64,000 bases of DNA from contig PLZO01000034.1 in NCBI GenBank assembly GCA_003152165.1, positions 2,264 through 66,263 on the forward strand, written 5' to 3'. This DNA comes from Chloroflexota bacterium. GTDB taxonomy: Bacteria > Chloroflexota > Limnocylindria > Limnocylindrales > CSP1-4. The notes beneath the pieces are model-generated. The model saw nothing but the letters and a program-made list of their open reading frames with translations, was not told where the DNA came from and searched no databases. Both the position numbers and the translations under genes were made by a program. The stretch's first letter is position 1, and each line of letters begins with the position of its first letter. Of this stretch, positions 39,977 through 48,822 are shown piece after piece.

Positions 39977-40142
39977 AGGCGATCATTCCGCCCCTGAGTG
40001 GGTCCGTTTCACGCTATCACTCACATGTACTGGTTCACGAGCGAGTCGGTGACCCCACGCGCGAGGTCTCGGACGAACCGTTGGACAGAGTCGGCCATGG
40101 GCGAAATCGTAGCGGTGCGTTTCGGCCACGAGAGGAGGTGAT

Positions 40143-40484
40143 GTGGCACCCGAAGGCTGGGCCGTCACGATAGACCCACTTATCGTTACAAGCGCGAGGG
40201 CCTTGCGGGCGGAGCAGGGTCCGCGGGGTATCGTCGGGCACAGCAATCATAGGCCCGTGCTTGCACAGTGCCTCGAGGTTCTCGTCAGGGGCGATCGTTG
40301 GCGATCGATGCCCTACGTCGCCGCGGCGGAGCTGGGCCGGGCATCGGAGTTCTTGAGGGTTGCAGATCCCGACACTCAGGCCGTGGCCGGGCGGATCGTG
40401 AAACTCCTCAGTGAGCAGGGCTTCCCCGACTACCGCGACCTGCTCCCGTCCGCCGGCGAATGTCGCTATTCACCCGTAGCGTGA
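40143..40484 (+). CDS. hypothetical protein
   Basis: 113-aa ORF, GTG 40143 after gaggagg. No recognisable motif. Convergent with and overlapping the 3' end of the GmrSD-like gene by 19 nt. Confidence 0.35.
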   Translation: MAPEGWAVTIDPLIVTSARALRAEQGPRGIVGHSNHRPVLAQCLEVLVRGDRWRSMPYVAAAELGRASEFLRVADPDTQAVAGRIVKLLSEQGFPDYRDLLPSAGECRYSPVA

Positions 40485-43438
40485 ACCTGGGGCTCGCTGG
40501 TGCCCACGCCAAGAGCTCGCTCGAGGTAGGCGATGGTTTCGGGGTCCCGCAACTTGCACGCCGGCATCTCGTTGGTGAACAGACCGGTCCGCCAGATCGC
40601 CCCGGTGATCGGGCGCGTCGCACTCCACTCCACCCGAACGAGGTACTCACGGAGGGCGGGGTCCTCAGCGTTATGCGACAGCTTCGCTCGGTCGACTAGC
40701 GGTGCCTCCAGGATCGGCACGGTCCGCCCGTCGACTTGGACGGCGTACTCAGTCACAGGTCGCAGCGCGTCCTTGACGATGCCGACGCCGACGTAACCCT
40801 GGACCGGGTACGGCTTGTAGAGGAACACGCGAGCCCCCGGAACGAGGTTCTCGAAGGGCTTCGAGTAAAAGGTGCCGCCGCCGGCGGAGACGAAACCGTA
40901 CCGCTCGGCATCCTCCCACGAGCGATCCCCGATCGTGACGTAGAAGTCGCGTCCATTCCACGGCGGCCGCGGCGTATCTTCGGTCGCTACCGTAACCGCG
41001 TCGGCCATCAGCTCCTCGAGGCGATCGACAATGGCCTCGATTTCTCGGGCATACAGCTGCGTCGGGCCGGCCGGCCCAAGGAGTCGCTCGACCGACGCTG
41101 GCTCAAGCCCAAAGAAGGTTTGGAACGCCTGGGCAGCGCACCAGAGGTCGACACGGTCGTCTCCGCGGATCGATAGCGTGAAGAGGGCCCGCGACCGGTT
41201 GGCCAGGGGCGCAAACATCAGGCTGCGCTTCCAGGGCCGTGGATAGAGGCCGCAGCTGACCGCGCCCTCAACCACCGCCAGAAGAGCGGTCCGAATGGCG
41301 GGGTCGTTCGCCTCGTCAACCACACGCTCGACCCCGACTCGCGACCATTGCAGCTCCTCGTGGCCGTCTTCGGTTTGCCGCTCGAACGATTGTCGGATGA
41401 GCGCCATGACGTCTTCGAGGTCGTCGAAGGTCACGAGACGTACCTCGACCCTCCCTGTGCCCCAGCGACCGACGCCGGTGACATCCCGACCGAGGCCCGC
41501 GGGGTCGTCGAGCTGGTCAATCGCAATGTCGAGATACAGCTTGAGATCGTTGAGCTGCGGAACGACCTCGACGAAGTTCGACGAGAACTTGAAAGCGATG
41601 TACTGCTTACGCACCTCCTCGAGGACGCCGGTATCGAGGTTGTAGATGCGCTTGCGAAGCTCGTCGTAGAGGGGGCCCAACGGGCCGCCGAGCGACGGGT
41701 GATCGTCCAGTGTGTACACGGCACCCGGTTTGGTCTTCCGGTACTTCGCCAGCGTTTCCTCTGAGAGCTTGGGCGCGGGCCAGATCTGGAGCGCCAGGTC
41801 GGCGAGCAGCTCGGCACGTTGCTGGATCTCCTGCTCATTCCAGTGGTCGAGTTTCGCGAGATACTGGTTGAGCCGAAGATGGCTGTCCCGGAACCCTCCC
41901 TTGATCGTCAACTTCTCGGCGAACGGCCTATCGCTGAGCTCCGAGTTGTACCCGGTTAGGGTCACGTTGCCAACCGTGTGCAGCCATCGCTCGTGCACCG
42001 CCTTCCAGTCGATCCCTAGTTCTTCCTGCCACTCCGGGGACAGGTCAGGGTTCTGGGGCATGACGTGCTCGATCGTGTAGCTGTCGACGTCGATTGGTTC
42101 CTTGTGGTCGAAGTTCTCGAGCTTACGCAGGAGGTAGTTGCGACTGCGGAAGTTGTAGACATCCTTGACGATGAAGGCGTTTCTGAACTCTTCGTCGGTT
42201 GGCATCCGAGCGTACGATTCCCTGAGCAGGAAGGCGGCCTTCAGACTCTCGACGTAGTGGGTCCCGTCGATCTCCGTCGCGAGCGCGGCAAAGGTCTTGT
42301 TGAGAATGTTGGTCGGGATTCCTGTGATCGCCCGACGAAAGACATAACTCTCCACGAGCCTGACGACCTCGATCAGCTCGGAATCATCGATCGTGCCGGT
42401 TTCGTGGTCGTGCAGGACGTCGAGGAGGAACGGATACGCGACATCAACCTTCAGCTGATTGAGATCAGCGATAGCGGCGTGGAGAACCATGTCCTCGGCG
42501 CGGCCGAAGGCGAGCTTGACCCAGTTCTTCGAGTGAGAGTAGGCGTCCGCGACGAGCTCCGCCTTGGATGACTCCTTCGCCCGATCCAGCAACTTGAAGC
42601 TCTCGTAGACGCGGTCGATCCGCGGGATCTGACCCGTCTTCATTGTCAGGTAGTCACGCATGAAGCGGTCGAATAGGTCCTGCTGGTCAGCCGGGAAGGA
42701 CTGCTCGAGCGGATACCACGACGTGGAGTAGATCTGGGCTTGTTCCTTGGACGGCAGACCCATGAGCACGTAGTTACGGATCAGGTCTGCCTGTGAGAGA
42801 TCGAGACCGGTCGAGTTCAGGCTCTCGAAAATGAGCTGCGGATTGTCGTGGTCGCGCTCAAGGGCGATGTCGACGATTAGCAGTTTCTCGATGCCCGTCA
42901 GCACGGATGGGAGCGGCAGGGTTGTCCGTCGCAACTGATCCACGAACAGGCGGTAGGTATCGACGAGTCTGGGCGCCTGGCCAGGATCGATCTCCCGACC
43001 GTCGACGAGCCGCATGAAGGTGTCGCGATCCCCTTTTGTGAGGAGGAGTTTGTAGCGAGCCTCGACACCCGCGTCCTCATCGTCCTCCTGCAGCAAGTAA
43101 TCCCTGACGATCCGATGGGCCGTCGCCTTTGACGCCTCCTCGCCTCCGTTGAGCGCGTGAGCCAGAGCAAGCAGAATGAGCGAGACCGTGGTCAGTCGTT
43201 GCTGACCATCGATGACTTCGATCCGATTCGATCCGGTTACGACGTAGATACCGGTATCGATGTAGACGATCGAGCCGACGAAGTGGGCGCCCACGTCTCC
43301 ACTCGAGGCGCGGACGATATCGCTCCAGAGTTGGTCGCACTGCTCGCGCGTCCAGCTGTACGTGCGCTGATAGATCGGAATCTCAAGCTGGTCGCTCTTC
43401 TTCAGAAACTTGAGGAAGTTGGCCTCGGCTGCTTTCAC
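40466..43438 (-). CDS. GmrSD-like type IV (modification-dependent) restriction endonuclease, DUF262 + DUF1524, with about 400-aa C-terminal extension
   Basis: N-terminal DUF262/ParB-like (IPIYQRTYSWTREQCDQLWSDI...IDGQQRLTTVSLIL), DUF1524 HNH-like (TIEHVMPQNPD...WLHTVGNVTLTGYN). C-terminal region contains a beta-rich module (WNGRDFYVTIGDRSWEDAERYGFVSAGGG...GYVGVGIV) of unknown function. Confidence 0.85.
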   Translation of the reverse strand: MKAAEANFLKFLKKSDQLEIPIYQRTYSWTREQCDQLWSDIVRASSGDVGAHFVGSIVYIDTGIYVVTGSNRIEVIDGQQRLTTVSLILLALAHALNGGEEASKATAHRIVRDYLLQEDDEDAGVEARYKLLLTKGDRDTFMRLVDGREIDPGQAPRLVDTYRLFVDQLRRTTLPLPSVLTGIEKLLIVDIALERDHDNPQLIFESLNSTGLDLSQADLIRNYVLMGLPSKEQAQIYSTSWYPLEQSFPADQQDLFDRFMRDYLTMKTGQIPRIDRVYESFKLLDRAKESSKAELVADAYSHSKNWVKLAFGRAEDMVLHAAIADLNQLKVDVAYPFLLDVLHDHETGTIDDSELIEVVRLVESYVFRRAITGIPTNILNKTFAALATEIDGTHYVESLKAAFLLRESYARMPTDEEFRNAFIVKDVYNFRSRNYLLRKLENFDHKEPIDVDSYTIEHVMPQNPDLSPEWQEELGIDWKAVHERWLHTVGNVTLTGYNSELSDRPFAEKLTIKGGFRDSHLRLNQYLAKLDHWNEQEIQQRAELLADLALQIWPAPKLSEETLAKYRKTKPGAVYTLDDHPSLGGPLGPLYDELRKRIYNLDTGVLEEVRKQYIAFKFSSNFVEVVPQLNDLKLYLDIAIDQLDDPAGLGRDVTGVGRWGTGRVEVRLVTFDDLEDVMALIRQSFERQTEDGHEELQWSRVGVERVVDEANDPAIRTALLAVVEGAVSCGLYPRPWKRSLMFAPLANRSRALFTLSIRGDDRVDLWCAAQAFQTFFGLEPASVERLLGPAGPTQLYAREIEAIVDRLEELMADAVTVATEDTPRPPWNGRDFYVTIGDRSWEDAERYGFVSAGGGTFYSKPFENLVPGARVFLYKPYPVQGYVGVGIVKDALRPVTEYAVQVDGRTVPILEAPLVDRAKLSHNAEDPALREYLVRVEWSATRPITGAIWRTGLFTNEMPACKLRDPETIAYLERALGVGTSEPQVHATGE

Positions 43439-43899
43439 CCGTGCTCCCTTGAGCTTCGACAGCGGCCGGGCGACATTCCGACCGGACCCTCAACGAGGTG
43501 AGCGCGGACCATGCTTCCTCGATCCCAGGCCTCGATCTGAGGGCGAATGGCATCTCGGTCCCAGGCGGCAAGCGCCTCAGCGAACGTTCGAGTCGAGACA
43601 GCCATCACAACCCCATGCGGTGCTCCCGTGCCAGCGCGGGAGCACTAGCTTACGCGACCGAGTTTAGACGGCGTCAGAGATCATTCGTGCCTAGCTTTCC
43701 GTTCACGCACAGCCGGAAGATCAAAGAGGCGACCTCAAAGGGAGGAGGCTCATGGCGATTGCCCACTCCGCCCAGGCGACCCCGAACGCGGCCGCATCCC
43801 GCTAGTCTTTGCCAGGCAGCGCAGCACGACGAGGCGCCTGAGTTCCTGGATCTCGGCGGTCGACAGCACTCGTGGTTGCCCCCGGATGTACAGAGGAAG

Positions 43900-44340
43900 G
43901 CCACGCCCGGAGACGATCCGAATGCCGGCCACGCTCCGGAGGAAGAAGGGCAGGTCAGCCCGGTGCGCACAGACGACCGGAATGACCCGCGACGAAACCC
44001 TCAGACGCCAGCGGGTCAAGGTGGTCCGCAGTCCGCTGCTCGCCCGCCGCTCCGGTCGCCCACGCCGTGGTCGACTGTCGGGGCACGATCGCTTCGAGCA
44101 GGTCCGCCGCCCACGAGCGCGTCCGACACCACCTCGCGGCCTCACTCTCGCCGAAGTCGCGCGGCTGCTCGCGGTCATCCCCGAGATACCGACGGGCTTG
44201 CTCGATCGCGTGGTCACCATCACGGCGCTCCTCACCGGGCTCCGCCGCACGGAGCTTCGGGATTTGCGCATCGTCGGCCTGGTACCCGGACAGGCCGCCC
44301 GCTACGAGGTCTCGACCAAGGGGAGTGGCCTCCGCGCTGG
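43900..44340 (+). pseudogene. tyrosine recombinase/integrase fragment
   Basis: ...RGLTLAEVARLLAVIPEIPTGLLDRVVTITALLTGLRRTELRDLRI... = start of the catalytic domain of phage-type integrases. Truncated after about 70 aa and N-terminal domain degraded. Confidence 0.45.
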
Positions 44341-44388
44341 GGACTCCCGGCTCCCGCGTAGCAGGCCACCCTAGCCGCCAGGCTCGCC

Positions 44389-44778
44389 TTGGGCCGGGGC
44401 GTCGTGTGGGCGGCGGCCGATCGGACGGATCTTCTCCCAATTACCCTGAATAAGTCGGACACCGATTACTCCGTTACCACCAGGTACGACGACTACCCAA
44501 TCTCGCAGACCCGATTTCATTGGGAATCTCAGTCATGGACCGCGACAGCCTCTCCGACCGGGCAGCGATACATCAACCACGTCGCGCGCGGGTCGAAGGT
44601 CGTCCTCTTCGTGCGAAAGAGCCGCCCCGACGAGCGTGACGTGACTGGTCCGTATCTCTCATTGGGTCTAGCGCGGCACGTCGGTCACAAATCAGACCCA
44701 CCTATGCAGATCGACTGGGAACTTGACCGACTGATGCCGGTTGAGATCTACGAACACGCCAGGGTTGCTGCTGGGTAG
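44389..44778 (+). pseudogene. DUF3427-like C-terminal fragment (remnant of a PLD-helicase-DUF3427 type III-like restriction protein)
   Basis: ...FHWESQSWTA...QRYINHVARGSKVVLFVRKSRPDERDVTGPYLSLGLARHVGHKSDPPMQIDWELDRLMPVEIY resembles the C-terminus of DUF3427 domains. No upstream helicase/PLD part is present. Confidence 0.35.
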
Positions 44779-44896
44779 ATAGCCGCGAAAATAGGCCTAC
44801 CTCCAGCCCTGGATGCATCCCGGCAGCCGCGCGAGCCGTGTACCTTTGGGGCAGCTCTACCTTGCCTATCGGCCGAAATCGCAGGAGGGACGATCG

Positions 44897-45673
44897 TTGA
44901 CCACGTTCGAGCAGGGCTTCGAAGACACGGAGCGCGCCGCTGATGCAGCCGCGAAAGCCGTGGGGAGCCTTCTTGCCGCGGCCAAGCAGCTCAAGAAGGC
45001 TGCCCACGAAGGGGACACCGGGGCGATCCGCAAGTCCTCGGAACGCCTGGGCCTCGCGATCGACGCGGTCCGCCAGGAAGTGGTGAACGCGCGTGGCACG
45101 TGGCCGTTCGGCGAGGACGCTGAGGACGAGTATTTGAGGAATGAATACGAGTCGGAGCTGATGGCGGCTGCGCGCGCGTCGGGGCTGCGCATGGATCAGC
45201 GCGATGGCCGCCTGCTCGCGTTCCCATCGATCGTGCGCGTTATCCCGGCCGATAGGTCTCTTCGGATCGACCGAAAACGGGTTCTGTCGATCCGGCCGTC
45301 TCGGATCATTGCGGCGCTGAAGGCCAATCAGACGAAGAAGCCGCGGTTCGCGCCGGATAGGTTCCTCGAGTCCCTGTTCCGCGCCTATCGCTTGATTGCT
45401 GGCCCAGACACTCAAGGCTCGACCCAAGCCTTGGCCGACGTCTACGAGGCCTTCACGCTACTGCCCGGTGCGACTGCCGAATATGGGCAGAGTGACTTTG
45501 CAAGGGATCTTTTCATCCTCGATCGAAGTGGTCTAACCAGAACAAAGTCGGGTGCCTCGTTCTCATTGCCCGCGAGCACGGGCACGAAAGGCGCGAAGGG
45601 AACCTTCACGTTCGTCGCCCCTGAAGGCGAATTGATCACCTACTTCGGCGTATGGTTCGGGCCGGCGTTGTGA
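44897..45673 (+). CDS. hypothetical protein, first gene of BrxD-like four-gene operon (gene A)
   Basis: TTG 44897 after caggaggga (ORF track extends to ATG 44813). Helical N-terminus, no known motif. Stop overlaps start of gene B (GTGA). Confidence 0.55.
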   Translation: MTTFEQGFEDTERAADAAAKAVGSLLAAAKQLKKAAHEGDTGAIRKSSERLGLAIDAVRQEVVNARGTWPFGEDAEDEYLRNEYESELMAAARASGLRMDQRDGRLLAFPSIVRVIPADRSLRIDRKRVLSIRPSRIIAALKANQTKKPRFAPDRFLESLFRAYRLIAGPDTQGSTQALADVYEAFTLLPGATAEYGQSDFARDLFILDRSGLTRTKSGASFSLPASTGTKGAKGTFTFVAPEGELITYFGVWFGPAL

Positions 45674-46647
45674 CCCTCTCGATGGGCGCTGATGCCTGGG
45701 TTGAGTTTCTCGAGTCGGAATACATGGCCAGTTTCATCAAGGACGGTGGCTCCGCGATCAAGTTCGCGGTCCCGCTCGACGGGGACGCTGCTGGTGCCCT
45801 ATCCAACGCCATCGACGAGCGCGCAACTCAACTCGGCTACGTCGTCGCTGGCGTCGATTCCGCCTTGACGCGGGTGCACATGGTCGACCAGTTGTTCTTC
45901 TCGGTAGCCGAGCAGGTCCCTTGGCGCGAGACAGTCGAGCGTGTCGTGGCCCGTCTGGCCGAAGCCGAGCGATACGCTCCGGCTACGTCAGGTGACGGAC
46001 CCTTGTTTCGGCGATTAGCCGAGGCGAACGACCTTGATCCGGATTTTCTGCTCATGAACCTGCGTCGCAAGATCGAGTCCCACGTCTTCCGCCATAAGGG
46101 CATGGCAAAGGATTTTCGTGTCGCGATGACCCAACTCGCGGTCGCCGAACTCGCGGGGGCACAGGAGGCCACGACGGTTCATAGCGTTCTGACCGATTGG
46201 CTCTGCGGACGCAATCGAGCGGTCAGCGCGGTCAAGCCGTACCACATCTTCACCCGAATCAATCGTACGAACGCTCGCTACTTTTTCGAATCGCTTCTGG
46301 TGTGGCTGGCGTTTGCAGGGTACTCAGGTCTGATCCTCACGCTCGACATCAGCCGTCTCTCCGTGGTTCGGAACCCGCGAGATGAGCGCGTCTATTACAC
46401 CAAGGCGGGCGTACTCGACGCCTACGAACTCCTCCGCCAATTCATCGATGGCACGGACCGACTCGAACATTGTTTGATCGTCGTTGTGCCCGATCCGGCT
46501 TTTCTTGACGAGGACCTCAACGGGCGCGGGATCGGTGCCTACGAGGCCCTCAAGTTTCGCGTTTACGATGAGGTTCGCGATCGAACGCTCGTCAATCCGA
46601 TGGCGTCTTTGGTTCGCCTAACGCGATCCGAGGGGGAAGCCCAATGA
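45670..46647 (+). CDS. hypothetical protein, gene B. Possible degenerate P-loop/Walker-B-like paralogue of the BrxD-like ATPase
   Basis: About 325 aa. DGGSAIKFAVPLDG (degenerate P-loop-like), LILTLDISRL (Walker-B-like hhhhD). Stop overlaps start of gene C (ATGA). Confidence 0.6.
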   Translation: MTLSMGADAWVEFLESEYMASFIKDGGSAIKFAVPLDGDAAGALSNAIDERATQLGYVVAGVDSALTRVHMVDQLFFSVAEQVPWRETVERVVARLAEAERYAPATSGDGPLFRRLAEANDLDPDFLLMNLRRKIESHVFRHKGMAKDFRVAMTQLAVAELAGAQEATTVHSVLTDWLCGRNRAVSAVKPYHIFTRINRTNARYFFESLLVWLAFAGYSGLILTLDISRLSVVRNPRDERVYYTKAGVLDAYELLRQFIDGTDRLEHCLIVVVPDPAFLDEDLNGRGIGAYEALKFRVYDEVRDRTLVNPMASLVRLTRSEGEAQ

Positions 46648-47963
46648 CCAGCAACCTGGCGAGTATCCCGGATCGACGCGCGATTGAAGCCTTAAGAAAC
46701 GGTGTTCCGAACCGAGATGCGGTTCGAGTTCTCGGCTGCAACCAGCCCGACGTGGAGGCGCGGTTCTCAGCCCAGCTCTCCGGAGTTCCGGCGGCGACCG
46801 ACGCCGATAGTCAGGTCCCCGGAATGCTTGTGGCCGGTGGCTTCGGCAGTGGCAAGTCCCACTTGCTCGAGTACCTCGAGCACCTCGGGCTGTCCGAAAA
46901 CTTTGTCGTCAGTCGAGTGGTCATCAGCAAGGAGACGCCGCTCTTCGACCCCGCCAAAGTATTCCGAGCAGCCGTTGAATCCGCTTCTGTCCCAGGTCAA
47001 ACTGGCATAGCGATCCCAGAGGTTGCCCTTCGACTGCGGCCGGATTCCCATTCATATGCCAGCCTGTACAAGTGGGCGAATCACCCGGATTCCAATATGG
47101 CGGCGATCTTTCCCGCGACCCTGATGCTCCATGAGCGTCTGAATAACGACCCAGAGCTGACCGAACTGATCCAGAATTTCTGGGCGGGTGATCCCCTTCC
47201 AATCGCGAAGCTGCGTGATGGGCTTCGACAGATTGGGGAGGCGGCGGCGTTTTCCCTCAAGGCCGTCAAAGCCAAGGAACTCACGGAGCAGAGGTTTCGG
47301 TTTGTCGCTCGCCTGATGCAGGGAGCCGGTTACCGGGGCTGGATCCTGCTGATTGACGAAGTGGAACTCGTCGGCCGGTACAGCCTTGTACAGCGCGGCA
47401 GGTCCTACGCGGAGCTGGCCCGCTGGATGGGCAAGATCGAAGGCCTACAAATCCCCGGGATCACCACGGTAGCGGCGATCACGGACGACTTTGCGTTGGC
47501 TGTCCTGAAAAGGAAGGGCGATGGCGACTACGTAGGGCCCAGGCTTCGCGACAAAGGTACCGATGAGTACCTCGCGTTGGCGCCGCGAGCCGAGGCCGGG
47601 ATGAGGATCATCGAGCGCGACGCAATAACGCTCCAACCCCCAACCGAAGAGATGCTTCTCGAGACGTACGAGCGACTGAAGGGCATTCATGCGCGCGCGT
47701 ACACGTGGGACCCACCTTCCATCGCAGCTGCTGACCTTGCAATGCGCCGAGCAATGCGTTCTCACGTCCGTCGTTGGATGAACGAATGGGACCTCAAGCG
47801 ACTCTACCCGGGCGCATCCGTTAGCACCGAGGAGCAGGAGTTGCGCCCGACCTACGAGGAGGACGTCGTGCTCGAAGAGCAGTCGCCCGACGACGAGGAG
47901 CGCGAGGTGAAGCCCGACGTAGGCTATGAGGCTCTGATCCGCGCCTTGGAGGAACAGCCCTGA
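46644..47963 (+). CDS. BrxD (DUF2791)-like P-loop ATPase, gene C
   Basis: 439 aa. N-terminal AIEALRNGVPNRDAVRVLGCNQ motif, Walker A VAGGFGSGKSHLL, Walker B GWILLIDEVELVG. Matches BREX BrxD family, but no pglZ/pglX/brxC in the window. Confidence 0.8.
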   Translation: MTSNLASIPDRRAIEALRNGVPNRDAVRVLGCNQPDVEARFSAQLSGVPAATDADSQVPGMLVAGGFGSGKSHLLEYLEHLGLSENFVVSRVVISKETPLFDPAKVFRAAVESASVPGQTGIAIPEVALRLRPDSHSYASLYKWANHPDSNMAAIFPATLMLHERLNNDPELTELIQNFWAGDPLPIAKLRDGLRQIGEAAAFSLKAVKAKELTEQRFRFVARLMQGAGYRGWILLIDEVELVGRYSLVQRGRSYAELARWMGKIEGLQIPGITTVAAITDDFALAVLKRKGDGDYVGPRLRDKGTDEYLALAPRAEAGMRIIERDAITLQPPTEEMLLETYERLKGIHARAYTWDPPSIAAADLAMRRAMRSHVRRWMNEWDLKRLYPGASVSTEEQELRPTYEEDVVLEEQSPDDEEREVKPDVGYEALIRALEEQP

Positions 47964-48016
47964 GCATTCCGTTTCGCGACCTGCGGGAAGAGGCGCCCCG
48001 AGGTCTGATTGGGTAT

Positions 48017-48502
48017 TTGAAGTTCGTCGAAGAAGCCGAGTTCCGAGGAATGCGAGGTGCCTTATTCGTCGTCAACAGCCGGGCTGAGCCCCTCGACTTC
48101 AGTTTTGCCCGGATCGACATCCACGCGTCCTTTCTGTGGCGGGCCGGGGAACTGAAGCGCCAAGCTGTCGCGGCGCTGATGCGCACGCTTTTTACAGCCG
48201 CGATCCACGTCCCGGATCTGCTGATCGCATTGGCAGATGAGGTACCCCCAACGATCTTCGCCGAGGACCTCGCCGTCATGATCGCGGTCTGTCGGGTGGC
48301 TGGCGCAGGTGCGCTGGCCTACGCCTCAACGGAGGCCCTCGAGGAACTGCCCGATGCGCAGCACATCTTCTGGGCGGGCCCACCCCCGGTTAGCGGCTCG
48401 GTCGTTCGCGAGTTGTTGGACGCGCTGGTGGCTCGCGGCGGACTGATCGAGCCATTTGATCGGGCTGAACTGGGTCTTGGGGAGGCCTACGCATCGAGCT
48501 GA
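48017..48502 (+). CDS. hypothetical small protein, gene D
   Basis: 161 aa (alternative ATG 48050). No recognisable motif. 54 nt downstream of gene C. Confidence 0.5.
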   Translation: MKFVEEAEFRGMRGALFVVNSRAEPLDFSFARIDIHASFLWRAGELKRQAVAALMRTLFTAAIHVPDLLIALADEVPPTIFAEDLAVMIAVCRVAGAGALAYASTEALEELPDAQHIFWAGPPPVSGSVVRELLDALVARGGLIEPFDRAELGLGEAYASS

Positions 48503-48822
48503 GCAGCTGGTGGCGCGACCGGAGGCCGCCCGAGCGCGCGAACTGGTGGAGTCGACGGCGGCGAGCGACGCCTGAGCCAGCTTTACATTGGGCGCTCCTG
48601 TCAACCACGCCTTTGCCGGCCTCGACGCAGCGCATCGAATTGGGGGGCACCACTCAGGCTGCCTGGCTGCTAACGAGGGATCGCGTAGCCGAAGTTACGG
48701 GTTCGACCGTCCGGATCGATGTCAGACCTCTAACGACAGGGCAGATTTCCGGCCGAACCTCCGGCGCCCAGCGAGACTCGGAAATGGCAACTGGGGCTCG
48801 TCCGGAGGCAAAGGAGTCTGAG

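Noticed and set aside
38986-39978. 330-aa plus-strand ORF across the IS21 element
   Set aside because: Antisense to clear IstA/IstB homology. Arg/Gly-rich.
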